Shown here: positions 9,040 to 16,217 of the stretch, piece after piece | Numbering within the stretch: the stretch's first letter is position 1 | Layout: every line of letters begins with the position of its first letter | Virus record (IMG/VR): IMGVR_UViG_3300017777_005280 | Coordinates: 1 to 25,820 of that record | Direction: 5' to 3' (one strand) | Length of the DNA stretch: 25,820 nt | Origin: a virus | Lineage: Duplodnaviria; Caudoviricetes | The notes under the pieces: model-generated | Database searches by the model: none | What the model was told of the DNA's origin: nothing | Seen by the model: only the letters and a program-made list of their open reading frames with translations | Position numbers and translations under genes: made by a program

Positions 9040-10152
9040 ATGGCCGACCCTAACCCCATGCTTTCATACGTCACGCCAGAACGGCGCAGGCGCATGGGTA
9101 ACGCCATGATGGCAGAGCAGTACGCGGAAAACCCTCCCCAGCTTCCACTAGGCTACGATTGGAACGGTGCGCCGCTGTCGCCCGAGCTACTGGCGTTCGC
9201 CGCTCAGCGTGGCCAGCCGGGCGTGATCCAGAAGGCGCTCGGATTGATCCCGGGCTTTGATCAGGACGGAGCCCGCGGCCGGCAGTCGTGGGGCAATGCG
9301 ATGATGAGCACGGCGCAATTTCCGATTGATGCTGTGGCCGGCATGGGGCAAGCGCTGACCGCTCCAGCTCGCGTATACCGCGGCGAATTTGATCCTCTAT
9401 CCGAAGAAGGCGCTGGAGAAGCGCTGAACGTGGCGGGCAACGCCATGATGGGAGGGTATGCAGCGCCTAAGCCTCGGAACGTAGTCGGGAGTGCAGGTGG
9501 GTCTTTGGTTCCTGATGCTGCAGCGCTCGATATGTCGCATGCAGCGAGAATGAAGAGAGCTGCAGTTGAACATCATCCTTCTACGTTTTATCACGGGACG
9601 GTTGGTGACTTTCCGTATTTTGACCTTTCAAAAGGAGGTCAAGTGTCTGGGAGTCGAGCGGGGTCGCAGGGAGTAAGCGTAAGCCCAACACCCGGCGCAG
9701 CAAACGAATTTGCGCAAATCGCATCTGACAAATCAGGAGGGAACGCGTCCGTAATGCCGCTGCGTGCGCGGCTTGGAAAAGTTGTGTCGGTGACATTGGA
9801 CGGCTCCGAAAAAAACCTAGAAGTAGCGTCGAACTTGAGGACGTTATTTGACGGCGGTTATGACACAGTTGTTCTAAAAAACTATACCACACCTGGAGGT
9901 GTTGGTGGGAACACTATTTTGGTGGTTAAAGACCCGGCCCAGCTCAGATCTGTAAACGCCGCATTCGACCCTGCCAAGCGTGACAGCGCTGACCTATTGT
10001 CCGCTAACCGCGGTCGTCCTGGAGCTGCTACTGGCGCTGCTTTGGGCGGCGTTGACATTCAAGACCCAGCACTTGCCGAAAGCCTTTCCGAGTACGGCCT
10101 TGACGTTCCATCGCGTCCCGCGTCTCCCCGCTATAGACCCGGTGACGCATGA
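9040..10152 (+). CDS. Putative virion protein with ADP-ribosyltransferase-fold (ART-PolyVal-like) domain
   Basis: LDMSHAARMKRA..FYHGT..F..F, VMPL, GGYDTVVLKN, VVKDPAQLRSVNAAFDP. Confidence 0.7.
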   Translation: MADPNPMLSYVTPERRRRMGNAMMAEQYAENPPQLPLGYDWNGAPLSPELLAFAAQRGQPGVIQKALGLIPGFDQDGARGRQSWGNAMMSTAQFPIDAVAGMGQALTAPARVYRGEFDPLSEEGAGEALNVAGNAMMGGYAAPKPRNVVGSAGGSLVPDAAALDMSHAARMKRAAVEHHPSTFYHGTVGDFPYFDLSKGGQVSGSRAGSQGVSVSPTPGAANEFAQIASDKSGGNASVMPLRARLGKVVSVTLDGSEKNLEVASNLRTLFDGGYDTVVLKNYTTPGGVGGNTILVVKDPAQLRSVNAAFDPAKRDSADLLSANRGRPGAATGAALGGVDIQDPALAESLSEYGLDVPSRPASPRYRPGDA

Positions 10153-10829
10153 CCCTCGCCCCTCGCTCTCTCAAATGCCTAGAAGGCGTGCACCCTGACA
10201 TTGCTGCTGTGGTTCGGCGTGCTGATGAGCTTGGCGCGCGGTTCCACATCACGTGCGGATTGCGCACCGCCGAGGAACAGACCAGGCTCGTGGCGGCCGG
10301 CAAGTCGAGAACTATGAAATCCCGGCACTTGACCGGCCACGCCGTCGATTTCGTGGTTGCCGAGCCCGGTGGCGGCGTCTCCTACGACCACGAGGACATG
10401 GCGGCTTGTGCTGCGATCTTCAAGCGTGCGGCAGCCGAACTGGAAATAGCGATCGAGTGGGGCGGCGACTGGAAGAGCTTTTGCGACACGCCGCACATCG
10501 AACTGGATCGGAAGGTGTACAAGGCGGACGGTACGAAAACTCCCGCGCCTATTTTCGTGCCGGTTGCGCCGGCCGCTCCGATCGCCAAGTCCGGCACGGT
10601 GTGGGGCACAGTGGCCGGCGCAACGGCTGGCGTTATGGCTTACCTAGAGCAGACCTTGGCCGCAATGTTGGAATGGACGGCCAAACTAACCGAGCTAGCT
10701 CCGGTTCAAACCGCGTTCGCGTCAATGGGCGGGAACGTCAAATCGATGACGCTTGGCCTCGGGATCGGGGCTGCGGTTTATGTCGTCTCTAGGCGCGTGA
10801 AAGCGGCGCAGGAGGGGAAGCCGGGATGA
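10149..10829 (+). CDS. Endolysin, peptidase M15 (L-Ala-D-Glu type) with hydrophobic C-terminal tail
   Basis: LEGVHPD, GLRTAEEQ, SRHLTGHAVD, EWGGDW, DTPHIEL zinc-site motifs. Confidence 0.9.
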   Translation: MTLAPRSLKCLEGVHPDIAAVVRRADELGARFHITCGLRTAEEQTRLVAAGKSRTMKSRHLTGHAVDFVVAEPGGGVSYDHEDMAACAAIFKRAAAELEIAIEWGGDWKSFCDTPHIELDRKVYKADGTKTPAPIFVPVAPAAPIAKSGTVWGTVAGATAGVMAYLEQTLAAMLEWTAKLTELAPVQTAFASMGGNVKSMTLGLGIGAAVYVVSRRVKAAQEGKPG

Positions 10830-11083
10830 TATTTCTTGCACCACTTGTCTCGCTTTTTGCGGGCAACGGGCTGAAATTCGCGGCGGTTTTTGGTATGCTC
10901 GCGATGGTTGGAACGTGGGACTGGCGGCGCATCAAAGCCGCTGGGAGTAGAGGTGCTGAGTCAGTGCGCGTCGAAACCATGAAGGCTAACGATGCGGCTA
11001 TTAAAACCTCTGAGCGCGTGCGCGCTAAGTCTAGCTCTGGCGGCCTGCGCGGGGCCAAGCGCGATCCTAACACCGTCAATTGA
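10826..11083 (+). CDS. Inner-membrane spanin (Rz-like)
   Basis: N-terminal TM, helical periplasmic part; follows endolysin; overlaps lipoprotein ORF. Confidence 0.65.
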   Translation: MIFLAPLVSLFAGNGLKFAAVFGMLAMVGTWDWRRIKAAGSRGAESVRVETMKANDAAIKTSERVRAKSSSGGLRGAKRDPNTVN

Positions 11084-11264
11084 TGGTGCCGTTCGATCAT
11101 TTAAGCCGATTCCAAACTCAAAGGCCGCCCCGTGCAATATGCAAAGGGCGGTTGCCGAGCACAATTCGGTGTTGACGACGCTGCAAAGCGGTCAAGACAC
11201 TGTTTACCGCGCCCCGTGCGACGTGGATAAGCCGCAGGGGGGCACCCCTCGGGTGGTGTCATGA
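10992..11264 (+). CDS. Outer-membrane lipoprotein spanin (Rz1-like)
   Basis: Signal peptide with lipobox LAAC; Pro-rich; two further Cys; overlaps i-spanin in another frame. Confidence 0.7.
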   Translation: MRLLKPLSACALSLALAACAGPSAILTPSIDGAVRSFKPIPNSKAAPCNMQRAVAEHNSVLTTLQSGQDTVYRAPCDVDKPQGGTPRVVS

Positions 11265-11267
11265 TGG

Positions 11268-11513
11268 ATGACAGATACCTCGCTGCAGCAATATGTGACT
11301 ATGCAGATCGCTCAAGACGTGCGCGAAATCAAGGAAGTGCAGAAGGTCCAGGCGGAACACCTGGACGAAGTCCAATCGAGTTTGAAGGAACTGACCAGCT
11401 GGGCGCAGCGCGCGGCCCTATTAGCAGTTCTGTGGGGGGCAGCGGCCGGGGTGAATTTCGCGCCCGACAAACTGGCAGAACTCGTCGGCACTTTGCTCAA
11501 GTCAACAAAGTGA
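11268..11513 (+). CDS. Putative holin-like membrane protein (coiled coil plus C-terminal TM)
   Basis: AALLAVLWGAAAGV hydrophobic segment after coiled coil; in lysis cassette. Confidence 0.5.
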   Translation: MTDTSLQQYVTMQIAQDVREIKEVQKVQAEHLDEVQSSLKELTSWAQRAALLAVLWGAAAGVNFAPDKLAELVGTLLKSTK

Positions 11514-11596
11514 TGAGCATTGCATGCTACACAGCGTGGGCACTGCTATGCATCGGCCTAGCTCGAATAGCGTTTATATTTACTATGGCCGATTAG
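11513..11596 (+). CDS. Possible 27-aa hydrophobic peptide
   Basis: TGATG coupling; MSIACYTAWALLCIGLARIAFIFTMAD. Confidence 0.3.
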   Translation: MSIACYTAWALLCIGLARIAFIFTMAD

Positions 11597-11624
11597 TCGC
11601 CCGCGAGCCGGGTTCCAAACTAGA

Positions 11625-11667
11625 ACGCCCGCCACATCTAGCGATGGGCGGGCGTCGTGCTTTGTAT
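11625..11667. terminator. Hairpin terminator between convergent late and early transcription
   Basis: ACGCCCGCC (11625-33) / GGCGGGCGT (11647-55) stem followed by T-rich tract. Confidence 0.65.
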
Positions 11668-11688
11668 TGATTGAACTTATTTCATGCG

Positions 11689-12006
11689 TCATGCGTCTTC
11701 GATCGAACCGGCAAAATGCTCTTCAAGTTCTTCAGTCTCGCCGTGCCTCTCCAGCCACTCACGAGCCTCGTCCGCTGTCAACGTCACGAACACGTCGTTG
11801 GAGCCTGTTGTGCTGTTGTTTCCGGATGGCCGAGCGTAGTGGCTCATCGGACCACCGGAGCCCACCGTGAACCAGTTGCCTTTGGGCGTCAGGTACAGCT
11901 TCTCACTGCAGTTTTTGAAATCGCTGTAGCCGAAGCCCGCGTCCCAGCTCGCAACCTCCGTCGCCGTGTCAGTGTCGTAGCGCTTGCCGGTGATGATTTT
12001 CTTCAT
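11689..12006 (-). CDS. Conserved phage hypothetical protein (MKKIITGKRYDTDTA type), acidic C-terminus
   Basis: RBS AGGAGG; recognisable N-terminal motif and EKLYLTPKGNWF; 18 D/E in 105 aa. Confidence 0.8.
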   Translation of the reverse strand: MKKIITGKRYDTDTATEVASWDAGFGYSDFKNCSEKLYLTPKGNWFTVGSGGPMSHYARPSGNNSTTGSNDVFVTLTADEAREWLERHGETEELEEHFAGSIEDA

Positions 12007-12035
12007 TGATGCCCCCTCCTTGTGCTTGTGACGAC

Positions 12036-12326
12036 TCAGTCCTGAAAGATCTGGCGGAAGGCTGTATCGAAACAGCCGTCATCATCGAGACGGTCAATTA
12101 GTGACTGATCGGTGCCGTCTTCGACGCCCGGAAAGTCCGCCGGCACGGTCCACACAACCAGTCCGCTCGCGGTGGTGCCGCGGAGCGTGTGGCGTTCGAT
12201 TTCCTCGACCTCGTCGCTCTCGTGAATGCTCGCGAGATAGGCGCGGACGGCGGACTCAGGATTGGCGGCCTCGCGATCGTCAGCGATAACGCCATTGTCA
12301 TTTAACGTGGTGATGTAGCGAGTCAT
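12036..12326 (-). CDS. Highly acidic 96-aa hypothetical protein
   Basis: Start reassigned to ATG 12326 with RBS TAAGGA; 21 D/E, 7 R, 0 K. Confidence 0.75.
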   Translation of the reverse strand: MTRYITTLNDNGVIADDREAANPESAVRAYLASIHESDEVEEIERHTLRGTTASGLVVWTVPADFPGVEDGTDQSLIDRLDDDGCFDTAFRQIFQD

Positions 12327-12370
12327 TGATGGGTTCCTTATCGCTGGGCCTCTCGCCGTCTGATGGTGTA

Positions 12371-12399
12371 TAGATAGCATCACCGCTTGACCGTGTCAA
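12371..12399 (-). promoter_or_regulatory. Sigma70 promoter for the acidic-protein operon
   Basis: TTGACA-17-TATCTA on the minus strand. Confidence 0.7.
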
Positions 12400-12415
12400 C
12401 TAAATTGTTTACAGT
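12387..12415 (+). promoter_or_regulatory. Overlapping divergent promoter giving a probably leaderless HTH mRNA
   Basis: TTGACC-17-TACAGT, ATG 7 nt later, no SD; the two -35 boxes form palindrome TTGAC-CGT-GTCAA. Confidence 0.6.
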
Positions 12416-12421
12416 TTGAGC

Positions 12422-12658
12422 ATGAAGAACAGGACAGAGCGCTTTACAGACGCAGATGTGCTCAGCGAGCTAGAGCGCCGAATTGTTGAGGCTGGCGGGC
12501 TCAGGGCATTTGCTCGCCACGTTGGCTTATCCCCTGCGTTTTTGTCGATGGTTCGGCTCGGTCGATCCCCGGTTTCGCCCCGCGTGGCTGAGGCGCTTGG
12601 GTTCGTGGATGACGGCAAGCGGTGGGTGGGGACTATCGGAACCCCCGCTTTTGTTTGA
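12422..12658 (+). CDS. XRE-type HTH regulator
   Basis: GGLRAFARHVGLSPAFLSMVRLGRSPVSPRVAEALG. Confidence 0.8.
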   Translation: MKNRTERFTDADVLSELERRIVEAGGLRAFARHVGLSPAFLSMVRLGRSPVSPRVAEALGFVDDGKRWVGTIGTPAFV

Positions 12659-12947
12659 ACCGCCTCGGGACAAATGCTTTGGCCGCCATCTTCCGCCCGT
12701 GGCTGGCAAGAGCATGGTCGTCTGATGTTTTTTCACGGTGACACCACGAGCAAGCGGGAGCTAAATTCGCATCGTCATCGGTCCCGCCATTTTCCAGCGC
12801 AACCGTGTGTTCGATTTCGTAATCGTCAGCCGGCCCGAGCTTGCGCTTGCAGATGTGGCATCGACCGCCGCACGCCTGAAAGATCCGAAGCGCTCTTTGC
12901 GCTGTCATGCTCCCGCGACGATCGTGAATGAAGCTCTGCCCGCTCAT
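12633..12947 (-). CDS. HNH endonuclease
   Basis: CHIC...EH..ALENGGTDDDANLAPACSWCH..KT; ATGA-coupled start at 12947. Confidence 0.9.
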   Translation of the reverse strand: MSGQSFIHDRRGSMTAQRALRIFQACGGRCHICKRKLGPADDYEIEHTVALENGGTDDDANLAPACSWCHREKTSDDHALASHGRKMAAKAFVPRRFKQKRGFR

Positions 12948-13171
12948 GTGGGGCCGTCCTGCTCCAAGCGGTCCCATTCTTCATTGTACTCGTGCAAAAT
13001 CGTTTCGATTTCGCGGCTGTTTTCCAAGATCGTATTGACGCCAAACACGCCAGAGCCACGCTTTCCAAGCGCTTCCTTGATGCGCTGCCCAAACGAATGC
13101 CCCGCCGCCTCGTTGAGACTCGCAAACATGCGGCCGTCTTCCGTCTTATAACCCACTGCCTTTTTTATCAC
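12944..13171 (-). CDS. Phage hypothetical protein
   Basis: RBS GGAGG, GTG start; YKTEDGRMFASLNEA motif. Confidence 0.7.
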   Translation of the reverse strand: MIKKAVGYKTEDGRMFASLNEAAGHSFGQRIKEALGKRGSGVFGVNTILENSREIETILHEYNEEWDRLEQDGPT

Positions 13172-13196
13172 GTGGCCTGCCTCCCCATATTATGCT

Positions 13197-13724
13197 TCAC
13201 AGCGGCACGCTCTCGAACGTCTCTACCTTGGCCGGCTTGCGTTCTCGGATCGCCGGCATGATGTCTGTTACTTTTAATCCGGTCTCGGCCTCGATCGTGT
13301 CGGCCACGGCATCGAATAGAGCGCAGGCGGATAGGTGCGGCAGCGTGTCAAATGCGATGCTTTCCGATTGAAAGATGTAAAACTTTCCATCAGCGGCAAA
13401 CGGAAACGTGTGATCCTTTGCAGCGGACAGGCCGGCCGCGATTAGCAGGATTGCTGCGTTTGTTTCCAAGCCGACGGTGTCAATGGTAGTCACGATCGCA
13501 TGGCCCGCCTTAGCTTGCAGCCATTTACGGAGATGATCATCGTTGATCGGCTTGAACCGGTGACCTGCTGGCCAGTGAGAATGAGCCGCTCGGATCATCG
13601 CGAAAAACCGCTTGTGTTGCGGAACCGAGCGAGGCTTACCCCTCCTCGTCTGCGACAGGTCGAGGCCGCAGCCCGGGCAATGATCCGTGACGCCCGTTCT
13701 CGCTCTTTGGCTGATGGTTGACAT
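13197..13724 (-). CDS. DUF1367/NinB-like recombination accessory protein
   Basis: RSVPQHKRFFAMI, LRKWLQAKAGH, SIAFD motifs; start reassigned to ATG 13724 (GGAG upstream). Confidence 0.65.
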   Translation of the reverse strand: MSTISQRARTGVTDHCPGCGLDLSQTRRGKPRSVPQHKRFFAMIRAAHSHWPAGHRFKPINDDHLRKWLQAKAGHAIVTTIDTVGLETNAAILLIAAGLSAAKDHTFPFAADGKFYIFQSESIAFDTLPHLSACALFDAVADTIEAETGLKVTDIMPAIRERKPAKVETFESVPL

Positions 13725-13872
13725 AGACCGACATCTCCAGTTGCAGCTTAAGCACGTCCTGCCCCGTTGGCGCTTTATCCCAAGGCCACGCCAGCGAGAT
13801 TTCGCAAGCCGACATGCCAAGACGAGACCAGCCACGGACTAACTCCCTGGTGTAGTTGTCCCACTGGAACAT
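13636..13872 (-). CDS. Small protein with GcrA-like N-terminal HTH
   Basis: W..YTRELVRGWSRLGMSACEIS resembles GcrA W...RV..LK.LW..GLSASQIA. Confidence 0.45.
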   Translation of the reverse strand: MFQWDNYTRELVRGWSRLGMSACEISLAWPWDKAPTGQDVLKLQLEMSVYVNHQPKSENGRHGSLPGLRPRPVADEEG

Positions 13873-13875
13873 GCG

Positions 13876-14616
13876 CTATTCCACGTTGCTCAGCTGCTCT
13901 CGCGCCGAAGCGTAGTGCGACCGCACGCGCTCGGTCTCAGTCTCATCGAGCTTGTTCAGGCGGGCGCGGTTTTTCGGATCGCTGGCCCACTTGGTTAGTG
14001 CGTCGAGATCCTTTGCTTTGGCGATATCAGCCTTCAACGCAGCTAGCTCGATACTGTCGCCTTGACGGTCTCCGATGTCCCTTGGCTTAGCGGCTTCGCC
14101 GTCGTCGTCGGCCTCGTCGGTAGCCAGCCCCAGCGCGGCTATCAGCGTGTAACGCCGGCCGTACGTGATAGCGCTGCCCATCGCCTGCGCATCCATTTTC
14201 ATGAGGGGGATCTCGATCATCGTGCGCTCAAAATCGCCCGTTGGTATGTGGATCAGGTCGGTGTAAACGGGGACGAGCCGCCCCTTCGTGCCGCTTCCGT
14301 CGTCGCTTGAAAACGTGCGTTCTGCGCCTTGCCGGATCCGCACGCCGTTGGCCAGCAACACGGGACGGACCACTTCAAGGATGGCTTTAAGCGTGGCGTA
14401 TTTGATTTTGTGCGCGCCGGTCTTGTCGGTCGTGATCCAGACCGGCATTTGCTGTAGAGATTGCCAAATCGCAAAGTGCAGGCTCGACGCGTGCAACCCG
14501 TTCAGCTGGTTTTTCATGACAACGTGAGCTTGAGCAGCTGCCGTAGCTGCGCGCTGACCGACTGGCGCTTGCGTGTGAATTTCACCGGTCTGGTCGTCCA
14601 TGGTTTCGTGCTGCAT
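13876..14616 (-). CDS. erf: ERF-family ssDNA annealing recombinase
   Basis: KYATLKAI and AQAMGSAITYGRRYTLIAALGLA..DDDG signature. Confidence 0.92.
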   Translation of the reverse strand: MQHETMDDQTGEIHTQAPVGQRAATAAAQAHVVMKNQLNGLHASSLHFAIWQSLQQMPVWITTDKTGAHKIKYATLKAILEVVRPVLLANGVRIRQGAERTFSSDDGSGTKGRLVPVYTDLIHIPTGDFERTMIEIPLMKMDAQAMGSAITYGRRYTLIAALGLATDEADDDGEAAKPRDIGDRQGDSIELAALKADIAKAKDLDALTKWASDPKNRARLNKLDETETERVRSHYASAREQLSNVE

Positions 14617-14728
14617 TACGTACGTTCCCGCTAATTAAAATTGTGGACCGGGCTGAACGCCCCGCAACGATACGCGATTTGACTCGCGCGCCCGGTCCTC
14701 CCCCGCCCTGGTTGGAAAGGCGAGGTAA

Positions 14729-15052
14729 CTAAATGGACATCGCCGGCTTGTACTCTTTGCTGGAGTATTCTGGCCGCTCGCGTGGCGGAAACCGCACATC
14801 GCTTGCGATCTCGCAGAGGTCCATAATTTGATCGCGGTTGCTCTCCAGCGCCGATTGAGCGATGCAAAACACTGCTCCCGAGTGCATCCAGATCAGGGCA
14901 TCGGTCGGCTGGGCGAATTCGCGAAACCCGACCTTGAATAAATCGCCGCGCTCGTCGAGCGACAGAATGCAATCCACGTCAGGGCAGTACGCGACGACAC
15001 GGCCACCGACGGTTACAGGCAGTTCTAAACTCCAGTCGCACACGTAACTCAT
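14729..15052 (-). CDS. Hypothetical protein
   Basis: ATGA-coupled to upstream gene, GGAGG RBS. Confidence 0.65.
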   Translation of the reverse strand: MSYVCDWSLELPVTVGGRVVAYCPDVDCILSLDERGDLFKVGFREFAQPTDALIWMHSGAVFCIAQSALESNRDQIMDLCEIASDVRFPPRERPEYSSKEYKPAMSI

Positions 15053-15258
15053 GCCGCGTCCTCCAGTTCGATCTCGACAACTCCTGATCCGTCACACTCC
15101 GAGCATCGGACGTTGATGTAGGCCTCTGGGCACGATGGCGATCCCCACATTGCATGAGGCGTATCGTATTCGCCCCTACCGTCGCATTTCTCGCATTCGC
15201 CAAGCCTGGCCACGCCATTAGCAATTTGAGTGTCTGTCATCTCGTCTGTTTTTGCCAT
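15049..15258 (-). CDS. Small CxxCxGxG (DnaJ-type) zinc-finger protein
   Basis: CEKCDGRG and CSECDGSG; RBS AGGAGG. Confidence 0.75.
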   Translation of the reverse strand: MAKTDEMTDTQIANGVARLGECEKCDGRGEYDTPHAMWGSPSCPEAYINVRCSECDGSGVVEIELEDAA

Positions 15259-15281
15259 TGTGCCTCTCCCTCCTGTTGAGC

Positions 15282-15362
15282 ATCACCGCCGCGCCCAGTG
15301 CGTTCCGCCGGCGAAGCGTTCCGCGTCTGGGCGGCCGTTCATTGGCCTTCTGCGGCGGTGAT
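15282..15362 (-). ncRNA. Structured 5' leader of the leftward early transcript
   Basis: 11-bp closing stem 15282-92/15352-62 enclosing two hairpins. Confidence 0.5.
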
Positions 15363-15368
15363 AAACCT

Positions 15369-15398
15369 AACCTACATGCAACGGTTCGTTGCTGTCAA
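15369..15398 (-). promoter_or_regulatory. Leftward early promoter (pL-like)
   Basis: TTGACA-18-TAGGTT. Confidence 0.65.
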
Positions 15399-15478
15399 CA
15401 GCCAGTTGCAATCCCGAGCACACTGTTGATAACTATTTAATACGCAACACGCCGTTGCAACTCGTAACGGCGTGTGCT
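15378..15478. promoter_or_regulatory. Operator array GCAAC-N5-GTTGC
   Basis: Perfect copies 15378-92 and 15444-58; variants 15395-409 and 15464-78; overlap both promoters. Confidence 0.7.
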
Positions 15479-15483
15479 ACGAA
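15455..15483 (+). promoter_or_regulatory. Rightward early promoter (pR-like); cro mRNA probably leaderless
   Basis: TTGCAA-17-TACGAA with TG extension; ATG at 15492 lacks SD. Confidence 0.55.
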
Positions 15484-15491
15484 TCACAGCC

Positions 15492-15728
15492 ATGGACAAA
15501 AAAGCCACGAAAGCACTGATTCTGACAGCGGGCGGCCCGAGGTCTCTCGCAAACCGCTTTGGCTTGAGCCGTCAGGCCGTGGCAAAGTGGGAGCGCGTTC
15601 CGGCTCACTGGGTCATGGTGATCGCCGAGCTGACCGGCGTTCCGGCGGAGAAGATCCGGCCGGACGTTTTTGCCCGACGCCCTTTGAAATGCCGCGCGGC
15701 AAACGGCGGGCATCGCGTCGTCGCTTAA
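15492..15728 (+). CDS. cro: Cro/YdaS-family HTH regulator
   Basis: GGPRSLANRFGLSRQAVAKWERVP...IRPDVF. Confidence 0.85.
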   Translation: MDKKATKALILTAGGPRSLANRFGLSRQAVAKWERVPAHWVMVIAELTGVPAEKIRPDVFARRPLKCRAANGGHRVVA

Positions 15729-16004
15729 AGTAATCCGGCTCCGGCCGGCGTCAGTCAAAGCGTCCGTAATCGTTGCGTTGAGTAGCTGCCCGCCTGGATC
15801 GGCGTGCGCATGCTTACGCGTGCGCACTCCGCTCCTCGTGAGCTCTGGTGCCCTCCAGACGGGGCCGACCGAATCTATTGGGTCGGCCCCGATTGGAAGC
15901 CAGAAACGATTGCGCCGATGACGAGATCCCATCTCATCACCGGCGCTCAAGGAACAGCTCGTGGAGCATGCTCCAACGTCGTACGCGCCATGGAGGTGGC
16001 CAAC

Positions 16005-16217
16005 ATGGACTCCATTATAGCTAACGACGCGCCGCGTGACAAGCCGGCAACTGTCAAGCGCGAAACATTCAACATCATTCTTGGATGTCATCGCCTCCAG
16101 GACTGCACTTTGGCGGAGGTGCTGTCGATGGCGCTCAACGGGTGCGGGTACGTCCGGCGAGGCAACGAGTTCACGTTGTTTTCGTCGCCGGCGTTCGAGC
16201 AGATGGGGCCGTCATGA
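16005..16217 (+). CDS. Hypothetical protein, 70 aa
   Basis: RBS GGAGGT before ATG 16005; ATGA-coupled to next ORF. Confidence 0.55.
   Translation: MDSIIANDAPRDKPATVKRETFNIILGCHRLQDCTLAEVLSMALNGCGYVRRGNEFTLFSSPAFEQMGPS

Noticed and set aside
11261-11512. 111-aa ORF overlapping the holin candidate
   Set aside because: N-terminal part is an Arg/Gly-rich alternate frame; only the last 27 codons have a coupled start
11597-11688. attP site or prophage boundary
   Set aside because: No integrase, no tRNA-like core and no host genes in the window
12633-12947. HNH as intron or homing element
   Set aside because: Freestanding, translationally coupled, no interrupted gene or intron structure seen
15282-15362. 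tRNA gene
   Set aside because: Similar size but only three arms; no T-loop GTTC in position, no anticodon arm or CCA
15804-16004. N-terminal extension of the 137-aa ORF
   Set aside because: GTG lies in a hairpin without SD; strong RBS precedes ATG 16005
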